Positions 50,012 through 60,300 are shown, numbered from the stretch's first letter. The stretch: 64,000 nucleotides of DNA from Candidatus Deferrimicrobiaceae bacterium (GCA_963792415.1 CAWBVY010000007.1:64001-128000); one strand, 5' to 3'. The notes: generated by a model not told the origin, from the sequence alone. Program-made: numbers and translations.

Positions 50012-50980
50012 TCAGCGGACGCGGACCGTGTAGGCGACGGTTCCGGGCCGTGGGCCCGGGGGGATGTCGATCGCCGCCGGTGGACTTTCGGGCGGCACGG
50101 TCCCGATCCGCCGCAGTTCATCGAGGAACCCGGCCGCCGCGGCTTCCGGCAGGATCACCCGGACCGAGCCCGCCGCGCCTTTCCCCGTCGATGCGCTTTC
50201 GCGCTCGATCCGTTCGACGATACCGCCCAATCGCGACGCCGTCTCGGCGATCCGCTCCTCCGCCCCTTCACGATTCTCCGGGTTCACCTCCACCACGAGG
50301 TCCCGTCCATACGACAGTGCGGGAAGGGGACGGGGCGGGGCGACCGGCACGATCCGTTCGGAGTCCGTGCTCGCGAGAGATACCGGCACCGACGGGAGGC
50401 TTTCCGCGGTCCAGGTTCGCGGCATCGGCAAGGAAGGGACCGCTTCCTTTGCCGTCTTCGGTTTCCCGTCCGCAAGACGGATCCCCGGGGTCGAGCTTTT
50501 GGCGGCTTCCTTCTTCGCCAACGGCGGACGGGAAGGGGACACCTTGCCGTCTTCGGAGGAGATGCCGGAAGAGACGCCGGAGGAGATGCCGGGCGGGGGG
50601 CGGACGGCGGGCGTGGAGGCTTGCTGGTACCAGTAGACGGAGGCGATCAGCAGGACGGCCGCGGCCGCCTCGAAGGGGACCCGGAACCGGGAAAGAAACG
50701 ACCGGGTCGCGCCCGCCCCCCCGGAGGTCGAACCCGGACGGGCATTCCGATCCTCCGCCTCGAGCGCCGCGAGGACCCTCGAGAGCAGTTCCGGGGGCGC
50801 CGGATCGGGGGGAAGGCCCCGGAGGAACTCCCGCACCGCGAGGAGGGAAGCGTCCGCGCCGGCGCATTCGCCGCATCCCCGAAGATGGGCGGCCAGCGCC
50901 GCTTCCCCGGCCGTGTCCAGCGTGCGGTCCTGGTGCTCGGACAACAGATTCCTGGCTTGCGTGCACTCCATCGTGTCCAT
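50012..50980 (-). CDS. Zinc-finger (zf-HC2) anti-sigma factor
   Basis: MECTQARNLLS...HLRGCGEC (HxxxCxxC) followed by a single TM. Confidence 0.85.
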   Translation of the reverse strand: MDTMECTQARNLLSEHQDRTLDTAGEAALAAHLRGCGECAGADASLLAVREFLRGLPPDPAPPELLSRVLAALEAEDRNARPGSTSGGAGATRSFLSRFRVPFEAAAAVLLIASVYWYQQASTPAVRPPPGISSGVSSGISSEDGKVSPSRPPLAKKEAAKSSTPGIRLADGKPKTAKEAVPSLPMPRTWTAESLPSVPVSLASTDSERIVPVAPPRPLPALSYGRDLVVEVNPENREGAEERIAETASRLGGIVERIERESASTGKGAAGSVRVILPEAAAAGFLDELRRIGTVPPESPPAAIDIPPGPRPGTVAYTVRVR

Positions 50981-50983
50981 CCT

Positions 50984-51586
50984 TCAAGCCACCGGAGAGA
51001 GCAGCCGGCGCATCGCCATCCGCGCGCGGTGCAGCCGGGACTTCACGGTACCCACCGGCACCTCCGCGAGGGAGGCGATTTCCTCGTACGAGAACCCCTC
51101 CACATCGGAGAGGAGCACCATCCATCTCGATCCCGGATCGAGACGGGAGAGGGCTTCCGTCAGGATCTCCCTCATTTCGCAGGTCTCCGCGAGCCGGTCC
51201 GGGCGGTCGGCCTCTCCGCCCGCCGGCTGGAAAATGATTCCTTCATCCGCCTCCCCCGACGGCTCCGGCCAGGGAGCCTCGCGCTCCGAAAGGGACTTGC
51301 GGCGCCGGATCCGGTTCAGGCAGCGATTCGCTGCGATCCGCAACAGCCACGTCGACAGAGCGGCTTCCCCGCGGAACTCCGAGAGGTTTCGCCAGGCGGA
51401 CAGAAACACTTCCTGTGCCGCATCGAGCGCATCCTCCCGGTCGGAAAGCATCCGGGCGCAGAAGGAGTAGACCCGATCCTGGTGTGCGCGAACGATCGCC
51501 TCGAAGGATCCCGGCGTCCCCTTCCGGAACCCCTCAACGAGCAGGTCGACGGGTCGTCCTTTTCCAACCGGCCTTTCCAAATCCAT
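50984..51586 (-). CDS. ECF sigma factor
   Basis: DAAQEVF, FRGEAALSTWLLRIA, SYEEIA...GTVKSRLHRAR. Confidence 0.93.
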   Translation of the reverse strand: MDLERPVGKGRPVDLLVEGFRKGTPGSFEAIVRAHQDRVYSFCARMLSDREDALDAAQEVFLSAWRNLSEFRGEAALSTWLLRIAANRCLNRIRRRKSLSEREAPWPEPSGEADEGIIFQPAGGEADRPDRLAETCEMREILTEALSRLDPGSRWMVLLSDVEGFSYEEIASLAEVPVGTVKSRLHRARMAMRRLLSPVA

Positions 51587-51595
51587 CTCCCCCTG

Positions 51596-51624
51596 TTTGA
51601 CACGGGTACCCGCGATCCGGTTCC
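51596..51624 (-). promoter_or_regulatory. Putative autoregulatory ECF promoter
   Basis: GGAACC-17-GTCAAA on the minus strand directly upstream of the ECF gene. Confidence 0.6.
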
Positions 51625-51734
51625 ATTCCCATTCTACTCTTCCGCCGGACCGATTGCAGTTTCCTGCCGGTTTAAGGTATTTTAGAGGCGGATCCAACAT
51701 CCCCGATCCCACGCATCGGCAAGGGAGGTTCCCC

Positions 51735-52133
51735 TTGGAGACACAGGTGCTGCTCCTGATCATCCTCACCGTCGCCGCGGTGGCGCTCGTGGTGGTCCTT
51801 TCGATCGTGCTCCTGTCGATCCGAAGGAACATGAACCGGATCACGCAGCGGCTCGACGAGTCGCTCCGGCAGTTCGAGATGACCGCCGAGGAGTGTCGTA
51901 AGACGAACGCGTCCGTCCAGGAGATCCTCTACGACGTCGAGCGGGGCGTTTCCAACGTGACGCAATTCACCGATGGCGTCCGCGCGCTCCGGGGGACGGT
52001 GGACGTGGTGACAAAGGTGTTCGATCACGCCGTGTCTCCCGCTCTCGTGAACGTCTCATCGGTTCTGGTGGGCTTCAAGGCGGCGACGTCCCACATTCTC
52101 GAGAGGTTCGTTCGAAAGGAGGAAAGGAAATGA
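51735..52133 (+). CDS. DUF948/YtxG-like protein
   Basis: N-terminal TM plus coiled coil; GGAGG RBS before TTG; overlaps the YtxH-like gene. Confidence 0.65.
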   Translation: METQVLLLIILTVAAVALVVVLSIVLLSIRRNMNRITQRLDESLRQFEMTAEECRKTNASVQEILYDVERGVSNVTQFTDGVRALRGTVDVVTKVFDHAVSPALVNVSSVLVGFKAATSHILERFVRKEERK

Positions 52134-52432
52134 GCGACGAAAGATGCTGTTGCGGTTCCGGCGGGGTCCTGCTGGCGTTCCTCGCCGGCGGATTGGTCGG
52201 CGCGGGGCTTGCCCTGCTGTACGCCCCCGTTTCCGGGCGCGAGACCCGGGACCGGATCGGCGGACTGGCGGAGGATCTCAAGAAGAAGACCGATTCGTGG
52301 ACCGGCGACATGAAGCAGAAGGTGGAAGGGTTTATCGACGAGGAGCGGTCCGTGATCAAGGCCGCGTACGATGCCGGTCGCGAGGCGATGTCGCGGGAGA
52401 AGACCCGCCTCGAGAACCCGAACCCGGAGTAA
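52130..52432 (+). CDS. YtxH-domain protein
   Basis: FLAGGLVGAGLALLYAPVSGRETR. Confidence 0.9.
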   Translation: MSDERCCCGSGGVLLAFLAGGLVGAGLALLYAPVSGRETRDRIGGLAEDLKKKTDSWTGDMKQKVEGFIDEERSVIKAAYDAGREAMSREKTRLENPNPE

Positions 52433-52457
52433 GCGGGGGGCTCCCCCCGGAAGAATC

Positions 52458-52495
52458 CAGGGCGGCAACCCCGGTGTGTCGGGGTTGCCGCCCTG
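52458..52495. terminator. Hairpin between convergent genes (bidirectional terminator candidate)
   Basis: Perfect 15-bp stem CAGGGCGGCAACCCC/GGGGTTGCCGCCCTG. Confidence 0.65.
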
Positions 52496-52505
52496 ATTCG
52501 TTGGA

Positions 52506-53078
52506 TCAGTAGTTCGCCTCGACGGGGATGAACCACCCCTTCGGATGTGCGCAGGTGGCGCATCGCTCCGGCGCCTCGGTCCCCTCGTGGACCCGGCCGC
52601 ATTTCGCGCACTTCCACCGGATCGGCTTCTCCCGCTTGTAGAGCGTGCCGTTCTTCATGTGGTCGAGGAGGCGCAGGTACCTCTTCTCGTGCTCCACCTC
52701 GACTTCGGCGACCCGGCGGAACATCGCGGCGGGGGCGGCAAACCCTTCCTCCTCGGCGATCTTCCCGAACGTCGGGTAGATGTTCGTCCACTCCTCGTGC
52801 TCTCCCGCGGCGGCGGCCTCGAGATTCACGAGGGTTCCCCCGATCTTGCTCGGGTACCCCGCCTTGATCTCCACGTCCAGTCCCTCGAGAAGCTCGAAAT
52901 ACCGCTTGGCGTGCATCTTCTCGTGTTCCGCCGTCTCAAGGAAACTGGCGGCGATCCCCTCGTGCCCCTCCTTCGAGGCGATCCCCGCGTAGAAGGTGTA
53001 CCGGTTCCGCGCCTGCGACTCGCCGGCGAACGCGGCCATCAGGTTGTGCTCCGTGCGCGATCCCTTCAGCGTTTTCAT
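52506..53078 (-). CDS. rbr: Rubrerythrin
   Basis: [12 protein letters not shown], ExxH pairs, WKCAKCG...CATCAHP. Confidence 0.95.
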   Translation of the reverse strand: MKTLKGSRTEHNLMAAFAGESQARNRYTFYAGIASKEGHEGIAASFLETAEHEKMHAKRYFELLEGLDVEIKAGYPSKIGGTLVNLEAAAAGEHEEWTNIYPTFGKIAEEEGFAAPAAMFRRVAEVEVEHEKRYLRLLDHMKNGTLYKREKPIRWKCAKCGRVHEGTEAPERCATCAHPKGWFIPVEANY

Positions 53079-53178
53079 GCATCCTCCGATCCGGTTGCAA
53101 TGTTAAAGCGAACGATTGTCGACAACCAATTATAAGGAGGTGCCGGGCGGCGGCGCAACGGAAAAGATCGACGGCCGT

Positions 53179-54036
53179 TTATTCTCTCGGGCGGGCGCCC
53201 CGGTACAGTGCGGTGACGACGAAACAGGCCGCGGCGGCCAGGACGACGGTCGCGCCGGTCGCGGTGTCGAGATACCAGGAGGCGACGATCCCGGCGAACC
53301 CCGACAGCGCGGCGACCCCCACGGAGACCCAGAGGGCCGCGGCGGCCCCCCGGGCGACGTTGCGGGCGGCGGCGGCGGGGATGACGAGCAGGGCGGTGAC
53401 CAGGAGGATTCCCACGGCGTGGATCGCCGCGGTTACGACGAGGGCGACGACCAGCGCGAAGGAGATCTCCACGGCCGGCGCACGGGCTCCCTTCGTCCGG
53501 GCGAATCCCTCGTGGATCCCCAGCAGCAGGATGCGGTTGTAGAGGAGGGAGAGGAAGACGCATACGAGCAGGAAGAGACCGGCCATCCACAGAAGTTCGG
53601 CGTCGGTGACGGCGAGCGGGTCGCCGTACAGGAACGCCTGCAGGTTCCGCGTCAACCCCTTCTCCCTGCTGATGATCGCGATCCCGAGGGCGACGACGGT
53701 CGAGAAGAAGACCCCGATGACCGTATCCGAGGAGAGTTCGGTGCGTCCCCTGACCAGGGTAATGGCGACGGCGACGACGGCGCCGAAGGCGACCATCGTC
53801 CAGGAGGGGGAGATGCCGAGGAGGACCCCGAGGGCCACGCCGGTGAAGGCGGAATGACCGATCGCGTCGGAGAAGAAGGCCATCCGGTGCTGGACCAGGG
53901 GGACGCCGAGCGCGGCCGCGGCGGGGGCCGTGAGGAGCAGCGCGAGGAGCGCGCGCTTCATGAACGCCGGTTCCGCGAAGGCGAACGGGAGCAGCCGGTC
54001 CATCAGGGCGAACACGCCGGAGAGGACCGTTTCCAC
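53179..54036 (-). CDS. Zn/Mn ABC transporter permease (ZnuB-like)
   Basis: MAFFSDAIGHSAF, FLYGD, VGILLVTALLVIPA. Confidence 0.9.
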   Translation of the reverse strand: METVLSGVFALMDRLLPFAFAEPAFMKRALLALLLTAPAAAALGVPLVQHRMAFFSDAIGHSAFTGVALGVLLGISPSWTMVAFGAVVAVAITLVRGRTELSSDTVIGVFFSTVVALGIAIISREKGLTRNLQAFLYGDPLAVTDAELLWMAGLFLLVCVFLSLLYNRILLLGIHEGFARTKGARAPAVEISFALVVALVVTAAIHAVGILLVTALLVIPAAAARNVARGAAAALWVSVGVAALSGFAGIVASWYLDTATGATVVLAAAACFVVTALYRGARPRE

Positions 54037-54042
54037 CGGACC

Positions 54043-54831
54043 TTATCTCCCCTCGTTGTCGTGCAGGTGCCCGTGTCCGTCCGCGTGGGAGTGGCGGAAC
54101 AGGTGGGCGTCGGCCCCGTACATCGCGGCCAGGCTCGAAGGGGTGAGCACCTCCGTGGTCGCGCCGCTGCATACGAGGCGACGATTCAGGCAGATCACCC
54201 GGTCGGCGTGGCGCGTCACGACCGACAGGTCGTGGCTCACCAGCAGCAGACTGAAGCGGGAGTCGCGGTGGACCTTGGAGAGGAAGTCGCAGAACTGCTC
54301 TTCCCCGGCGACGTCGACGCCCGAGACCGGCTCGTCGAGCAGCAGGATGTCGGGGGCGTCCCGCAGCGCGAGGGCGAACAGGACCCGCTGGAGCTCGCCG
54401 CCGGAGAGCCGACCCATGGGGCGTTGGAGGAGGTGAGCGACGCCGGCCCGCTCGAGGCTTTCCCGGGCGATCTCCCGGGTGCGGCGGGAGGCGCCGAGGA
54501 AGACGGGGCGGCGCTGGGCGGAGAGCGCGAAGAAGTCGAGCACCGTGATCGGCACGTCCGGATCCAGGGGGAGGCGCTGCGGGACGTACCCGATGCGGGG
54601 GGCGCCTTCGCCGTGCTCCACCGCGCGGCAGAAACGGATTTTTCCCGTGTATGGCACCTGGCCCAGGATCGCGAGGAGCAGGGTGGTCTTTCCCGCGCCG
54701 TTGGGGCCGATCAGGGCGGTGACCTCCCCGCACCGGAGGTCGGCGTCGATCCCCGAAAGGATCTCCACCCCTCCCTTCCGGACGGTCAGGTTGCGGATCT
54801 CGAGCGTGTGGGAATGTTCGCTTGCGGTCAT
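54043..54831 (-). CDS. Zn/Mn ABC transporter ATPase (ZnuC-like)
   Basis: GPNGAGKT, YVPQ, LSGGELQR, His-rich tail. Confidence 0.9.
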   Translation of the reverse strand: MTASEHSHTLEIRNLTVRKGGVEILSGIDADLRCGEVTALIGPNGAGKTTLLLAILGQVPYTGKIRFCRAVEHGEGAPRIGYVPQRLPLDPDVPITVLDFFALSAQRRPVFLGASRRTREIARESLERAGVAHLLQRPMGRLSGGELQRVLFALALRDAPDILLLDEPVSGVDVAGEEQFCDFLSKVHRDSRFSLLLVSHDLSVVTRHADRVICLNRRLVCSGATTEVLTPSSLAAMYGADAHLFRHSHADGHGHLHDNEGR

Positions 54832-55712
54832 CGGGCCGACAGCGCCTCCTTGAGCGTGGAAAGGTTCCGCCGCATCGCGTCTTCGTACGCCGTGGTGGCC
54901 GGGGAACCGGTTGCGACGGGTTCCAGCATCCGCACGGGGACCCCCGCCTCCCTCGCCAGCGCCTCGGCGAGCTTGGGGGAGTATTGAGGCTCGGAGAAGA
55001 CCGCCGGGACCTTCCTCTCCCGGATCGTCCGCGCCAGATTCCTGATCTCCCCCGCCGACGGCTCCTGCCCCGGGGCCGTCTCGATCTCCCCGACCACGGT
55101 CAGGTCAAGGTCCCTCGCGAGATAGTCGAAAACGTTATGGAAGGTGACGATGTTCCTCCGCTGGAACGTCTTCGCCGCCGCCTCGAACTCCGCCGCCAGC
55201 GCCGACAGGCGGGAAACGTACGCATCGGCGTTGCGCCGGAAGGTGCCCGCGGCGGCGGGTCGCGCCGCGGAGAGCGCCTTCTCGATCTCCCGCACCTGGA
55301 GGATCGCGTTCCGGGGGGAGACCCAGGTGTGCGGGTTGACGTCCCCGGAACCGTCGTGTCCCCCGCGGATGGGGCGGACCCCGCGCGCGGTTTCCACGAT
55401 CCGGATCCCCGGGTTCGCCCGCCGGACCGGTTCCCCGAGGAACTCCTCCATCCCGAACCCGTTCGCCACGAAGAGATCGGCGGAGGCGATCTTCTTCATG
55501 TCGCCGGGGGTGAGGGCGTAGTCGTGCGGACACCCCATCGATGCGGGGAGCATCGATTCGACGGTGACGCCCGGCGTGTCACCGACCACGTTCCGGGTGA
55601 AGATCTCCATCGGCAGGAAGGAGGTCAGGACGCGCAACGGGTCGCCGGCCCCGGCGGAAGGGGCGGACGCGAGCAGGAAGACGATGGAAAAACCGACGGC
55701 GAGCCGCTGCAC
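54828..55712 (-). CDS. Zn/Mn ABC transporter substrate-binding protein (ZnuA-like)
   Basis: CPHDYALTP, NPHTWVSP, FHNVFDY, FSEPQ. Confidence 0.9.
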   Translation of the reverse strand: MQRLAVGFSIVFLLASAPSAGAGDPLRVLTSFLPMEIFTRNVVGDTPGVTVESMLPASMGCPHDYALTPGDMKKIASADLFVANGFGMEEFLGEPVRRANPGIRIVETARGVRPIRGGHDGSGDVNPHTWVSPRNAILQVREIEKALSAARPAAAGTFRRNADAYVSRLSALAAEFEAAAKTFQRRNIVTFHNVFDYLARDLDLTVVGEIETAPGQEPSAGEIRNLARTIRERKVPAVFSEPQYSPKLAEALAREAGVPVRMLEPVATGSPATTAYEDAMRRNLSTLKEALSAR

Positions 55713-55745
55713 CAGGATCGGATTCCTTTCTCGATGCGTCCTTAT

Positions 55746-55762
55746 GGAATATATTGTATTCC
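55746..55762. promoter_or_regulatory. Candidate metal-regulator operator upstream of the znuA-like gene
   Basis: AT-rich inverted repeat GGAATA-N5-TATTCC in otherwise GC-rich DNA. Confidence 0.4.
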
Positions 55763-55859
55763 CACGGCATTCGCAATTTTCGGGTAAAAACGTTTTCCGG
55801 GGTCCCCGCATCTAAGGGGAACAGGGCGGAAGGTAAAAGCCCGTCAGGAGGAAGAAGCG

Positions 55860-56417
55860 ATGCTCGGTTCGAGTCGGATGTTTTGGCTTGCGATCGGGGT
55901 TCTGGTGACGATCGCCGTTCCCGGGGGAGCGGCGATTGGTGGGACGGCGGGACCGGTTCTGCTGGCGGAGATGGATGGGGGAGGAAACGGCGACACGAAT
56001 ATCGACCTGGCCGTCCGGCAGGTGACGGTCACGCCGGTGCGCGCCCATGTCGGCGACATCATCCACGTCGAAGTGCTGATCGAGAACAAGTTCGAGGGTT
56101 CACGGACCACGCCCGCCGAACTGCTGGTCAACGGGAAGGTGGTGGCGTCGCATCTCTTCACCTGGGGGAGGTCCGCCGGAGATCGGCTGCACCAGGTGTC
56201 GTTCGACTGGGACACCCGGAAGGTCCCCCCCGGCGAGTACCGGATCGGGGGCCAGGCCTTCGTCTGGGAGGATTCGTCCCCCTTCGATAACCGGTTGGAT
56301 GTGAAGCAACCGGTGCAGATCGCGCCGGCCGGCGGCGCATTCCCCGGGGGGGAAGCGGCGGGCGGCAGCGCGACGGAGACGGATCCACGGTTCGGGAAAC
56401 CGGGCGCCGGCGGATAA
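55860..56417 (+). CDS. Exported CARDB/Ig-like domain protein
   Basis: Signal-like N-terminus; DLAV..V.V.P, V.V...N, F.WDT...PGEY.I pattern. Confidence 0.6.
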   Translation: MLGSSRMFWLAIGVLVTIAVPGGAAIGGTAGPVLLAEMDGGGNGDTNIDLAVRQVTVTPVRAHVGDIIHVEVLIENKFEGSRTTPAELLVNGKVVASHLFTWGRSAGDRLHQVSFDWDTRKVPPGEYRIGGQAFVWEDSSPFDNRLDVKQPVQIAPAGGAFPGGEAAGGSATETDPRFGKPGAGG

Positions 56418-56542
56418 CGTCGTTTCCTTTTCGGCACCCCTCTTGCGTTTGATCCGGCTGCAGAAGGCTACCCGATGCTTTCGGATAGCCTTCTGCATTT
56501 CGGGCGAGGTTTTTTTCTTCACGAAGGAACCTTCCTGCTACA

Positions 56543-57295
56543 ATGGCGCGGGGAGGGTTCTTGGCGTTCTACACGGATATCAGCCTGGTCTACGACGATC
56601 TGTTCCCGGTGTCTTCGGAGCAGCGCGCCCTTTTCGACTCCCTGATGGATGACGGCGGGGCGCGCTCCGTCGTCGACTGCGGGTGCGGGACGGGATCGCA
56701 GCTCCAGCCGTTCGCCGTCGCGGGTCTTTCCTGCTTCGGGTTCGACCCCGATCCGTCGCTGGTCGCCATCGCCCGGCGAAAACTCGCCGCGTACCCGAAA
56801 ACCCGGGTCGAGACGGGATCGTTCGCGGACCTGCCGGGGAATATCCCGTTTCCCCCGGATCTCCTGATGTGTCTCGGCAACTCGCTGGTCCACGTTCCGC
56901 AGGACGAGACGTTGCGATTCTTCGCGGACGCCGCCGCGGCGCTTTCCCGTTCCGGCACGCTGCTGCTCCAGATCCTGAACTACGAGCGGCTCCTGCGCGA
57001 GGGAGTGACCGAACTGCCGATGATTTGCGCGTCCGAAGGGACGGTGGAGTTCCGGCGGAAGTACGAGTGGGAGGGCGACCGCAGGGTCCTCTTCCGGACC
57101 TCCCTCCGGTTCGCCGGCGCGGACGGGCCGCGGATCGTACGAAACGAGATCCCCCTGTACCCGGTCTACCCCGAAGAGCTCTGGGAGATGCTGGCGAACG
57201 CCGGGTTCGGGGACATCCGTTTCTACGGGGATTTCGCGCGGTCCGAATTTTCCCCCGGGTCCGAGGCGCTGGTATGCCTGGCGAGGAAAGCGTGA
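56543..57295 (+). CDS. Class I SAM-dependent methyltransferase
   Basis: VDCGCGTG, CLGNSLVH, QILNY. Confidence 0.88.
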   Translation: MARGGFLAFYTDISLVYDDLFPVSSEQRALFDSLMDDGGARSVVDCGCGTGSQLQPFAVAGLSCFGFDPDPSLVAIARRKLAAYPKTRVETGSFADLPGNIPFPPDLLMCLGNSLVHVPQDETLRFFADAAAALSRSGTLLLQILNYERLLREGVTELPMICASEGTVEFRRKYEWEGDRRVLFRTSLRFAGADGPRIVRNEIPLYPVYPEELWEMLANAGFGDIRFYGDFARSEFSPGSEALVCLARKA

Positions 57296-58731
57296 CCCGG
57301 CGCGAGGGCCGGAAGGCACTCCGCCGGATCGCGGCGGCCGGTATCGTCCTGATCGCCGGTTGGGCGCTGGCAACGGCGGTCGTGGCCGCGAACCGCCACG
57401 AGCTTCCCCCCCCGACCCGCTCCGCGCCCGATTCCGGCGGGAACGCGTTCGACCACGGGTTCACCCCGGCGGATCTCCACACGCTCCTGCAGGCCGGGCG
57501 GCCGGACGGCCTCCTTCCGAACGGGAACCGCGTGGCGCTCTCCCTGAGCGAGGAACTCCAGGCGCAGATCTTCGACCTGTTCCGGCGGTTCGACCCCCTG
57601 TTCGGCGTGTTCGCCGCGATGGAGCCGGACACCGGGCGCGTGGTCGCACTCGTCGGGTACCGCCGGGGGGGCGAGTCCGACCCGTGGCTGCCGTTGAAGG
57701 CGATCTACCCCGCCGCCTCCCTGATCAAGGTGATCACCGCTTCCGCCGCCATCGAGCGGGGGAACGTTTCCCCCCAGGACGAGATCAGCTACCGCGGCGG
57801 GATCTACGGAATCTCCCGCCGCGGGATCCACGCACGGGACGGCAGGGGGTTCCCGAAGATGACCCTCGAGGAGGCGATCGCCCGCTCCGCCAACGCCGTG
57901 TTCGGGAAGGTCGCGGTCAATGACGTCGGCGGGGCGGTGCTCGAGGAGTACCTGGCCAAGTTCGGATTCGGCGCGAGGATCCCCTTCGACCTCCCTGTGG
58001 AGACGAGCCATGGGCAGGTGCCGAGGGAGGAATTCGAGCTCGCCCGCACCGGCGCGGGGTTCGGCGAGGTGTACATCTCCCCGCTCCACATGGCGATGAT
58101 CATGTCCGCGATCGCTTCGGGCGGCGCCATGCCTCGTCCCGTCCTGATCGACCGGATCGAGGACAGCGACGGGATGCCGTTGTACGAGTCCTCCCCGATG
58201 AAATGGCGGGACACGGTTCTCCCCGAGACGGCGAACGCCGTCGTCCGGATGATGGTGAAAACCGTCGAGATGGGGACGTCGCGCCGGACGTTCGGGACCC
58301 CCGAGGCGACCCCGCTCCTGCATGACATGGACGTCGCTGCGAAGACCGGGTCGCTCTCCGGGTGGACGCCGAGCGTCCACTTCGAATGGTTTGCCGGGGT
58401 CGCGCCCGTCGGGTCGCCGCGGCTGGCGCTGGCGGCCCTGGTGGTCAACGACGGCCGCTGGAAGATCAAGGGAAGCTACGTCGGGAAGGAGGCGTTCAAC
58501 TCCTACTTCGGGTACCCCTCGTCGATGCCACCCGTTTACTCGAAGGCGCGAGGGACCCGGAAGTGGACCCGGCCGGCCCGCACGAGGAAGAAGGGGGCGC
58601 CGACGGTCAAGGCGAAGTCGAAGAAGGGCGGGAAAGCGGCGAGGACCCGGAAGCGCGCCCCCGCGAAGACCACGCTGAAGGGCAGGGGGAAGCCCACGGC
58701 CGTCAGCTCTTCCTCAGGGTCCGGCGGGTAG
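57292..58731 (+). CDS. Penicillin-binding transpeptidase-domain protein with a basic tail
   Basis: SxxK (SLIK), SxN (SAN) and KTG motifs; N-terminal TM; Lys/Arg-rich C-terminus. Confidence 0.85.
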   Translation: MTRREGRKALRRIAAAGIVLIAGWALATAVVAANRHELPPPTRSAPDSGGNAFDHGFTPADLHTLLQAGRPDGLLPNGNRVALSLSEELQAQIFDLFRRFDPLFGVFAAMEPDTGRVVALVGYRRGGESDPWLPLKAIYPAASLIKVITASAAIERGNVSPQDEISYRGGIYGISRRGIHARDGRGFPKMTLEEAIARSANAVFGKVAVNDVGGAVLEEYLAKFGFGARIPFDLPVETSHGQVPREEFELARTGAGFGEVYISPLHMAMIMSAIASGGAMPRPVLIDRIEDSDGMPLYESSPMKWRDTVLPETANAVVRMMVKTVEMGTSRRTFGTPEATPLLHDMDVAAKTGSLSGWTPSVHFEWFAGVAPVGSPRLALAALVVNDGRWKIKGSYVGKEAFNSYFGYPSSMPPVYSKARGTRKWTRPARTRKKGAPTVKAKSKKGGKAARTRKRAPAKTTLKGRGKPTAVSSSSGSGG

Positions 58732-58744
58732 CGCCCCGGGATCG

Positions 58745-59731
58745 ATGGAATTCCACCGCGTCATCGCCGCGCGGCAAAGCCTGCGCGCGTTCTCCCAACG
58801 TCCCGTCGAGACGGAAAAGATCGAGCGGATGCTCGACGCGGCGCGCTGGTCCCCCTCGTGCGCCAACCGACAGCCGTGGCGGTTCGTCGTGGTGGGGGTG
58901 GACGCACCGTCCCGCTCGGCGGTCGAGGAGGCCCTCGACCCGGGCAACGCCTGGGCGAGACGCGCCCCGGTACTGATCGCGGCGGGAGCGCGGCGGGAGG
59001 ACGCCGCCGCCGTCGAGTCCAGGGACTACTTTCTTCTCGACACCGGAATGGCGCTCATGTCCCTTCTCTATCGCGCGGTCGACCAGGGGTTGCTGGTCCA
59101 CCCGATGGCGGGGTGGAAGGAGGGACCGCTGCGGGCCGCCCTCGGGCTTCCTGAGGATTTTACCCCGGCGGCCGTCGTCGCCGTCGGCTACGCCGGGAAG
59201 AGCGGGGACCTCGACGAGGCGGCGCGGACGAAGGACGGGAAGCCCCGGACGCGCAAGTCCCTCGGGGAGATCGCCTTCCGTTCGCGGTGGGGGGAGCCGA
59301 TCGGGGCGACGCTGCCTTCCCTGCCCGCGAAGGTGTACGAGACCGAGCTGCAGCTTCGCTTCGGCGACACCGACGCGATGGGTCACGTGAACAACGCGAA
59401 GGTCCTCACCTACCTCGAGCTGGGCCGGATGCGGTTCTTCGCGGAGGTGATGAGGGCGGAGCGGGTGGAGGATATCCGGTTCATCCTCGCCGAGGTCACC
59501 TGCCGCTATCGGATCCCCATCCTGCTTCACGATCGCGTCTTCGTGCGGATGCACATCACCGACGTCCACCGGTCCTCCTTCCGGTTCCGCTGCGCCCTGT
59601 ACGATCCCCGGGACGGCCGCGTTTTCGTCGAGGCGGAGACCGTCCAGGTGACGTACGACTACACGACGGGGCGGCCCGTCCCCATCGACGCCGACTTCCT
59701 CGCCAGGGTCCGGGATTATATCGGGGGCTGA
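58745..59731 (+). CDS. Nitroreductase - acyl-CoA thioesterase (4HBT-like) fusion
   Basis: RQSLRAF...SPSCANRQPW followed in frame by LRFGDTDAMGHVNN. Confidence 0.85.
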   Translation: MEFHRVIAARQSLRAFSQRPVETEKIERMLDAARWSPSCANRQPWRFVVVGVDAPSRSAVEEALDPGNAWARRAPVLIAAGARREDAAAVESRDYFLLDTGMALMSLLYRAVDQGLLVHPMAGWKEGPLRAALGLPEDFTPAAVVAVGYAGKSGDLDEAARTKDGKPRTRKSLGEIAFRSRWGEPIGATLPSLPAKVYETELQLRFGDTDAMGHVNNAKVLTYLELGRMRFFAEVMRAERVEDIRFILAEVTCRYRIPILLHDRVFVRMHITDVHRSSFRFRCALYDPRDGRVFVEAETVQVTYDYTTGRPVPIDADFLARVRDYIGG

Positions 59732-59736
59732 GCGGC

Positions 59737-60300
59737 TCAGCCCCCCGTGTGTCCGCGCGAGTTGCTCGGGAGGCGGCCGAGCAGGTCAAGCGTCACGGCG
59801 AGGTTGACATGCGACTCCACGTGGCCGGGGAGCAGGGGCGTGGCCCGTCGGAAGGCGTCCGCCGCATCGGCGTACCGGCGGCACTGCGCGAACGCCATCC
59901 CGAGATTGAACCTCGGAAGGGAGAAATCCTCGCGCAGCCGGGCGGCGACGGAAAGCGCCTCGATCCCTTCGTCGTGCCGGCCCAGGCGGAACAGGGCCAC
60001 CCCGAGACTGTTGTGCGCCCTCGCGTATCCCGGCCGGGCCTTCGTCGCTCCCCGGAGCGCCTCGGCCGCCGCCTCGTTGCTCCCCTGCCGAAGGAGGAGG
60101 ACCCCGAGAGAGAAGAGGGACGCCGCGTGTTCCGGATCGTGGGAGGCCGCCTCCCGGAACGTCCCGGCCGCCTGTTGTTCCCGCCCGAGGGCAAGAAAAG
60201 CGATCCCGAGATTGAAGTGGGTCCGCGCGTGTCCCGGCTCCCGCCGGACGACTTCGCGGAACGTGCGCGCCGCCTCCTCGATGGGAAGGTTCTCCGGCAT
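59737..60300 (-). CDS. TPR-repeat protein
   Basis: Repeated (H/F)xNLG..A...G..A motifs. Confidence 0.8.
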   Translation of the reverse strand: MPENLPIEEAARTFREVVRREPGHARTHFNLGIAFLALGREQQAAGTFREAASHDPEHAASLFSLGVLLLRQGSNEAAAEALRGATKARPGYARAHNSLGVALFRLGRHDEGIEALSVAARLREDFSLPRFNLGMAFAQCRRYADAADAFRRATPLLPGHVESHVNLAVTLDLLGRLPSNSRGHTGG

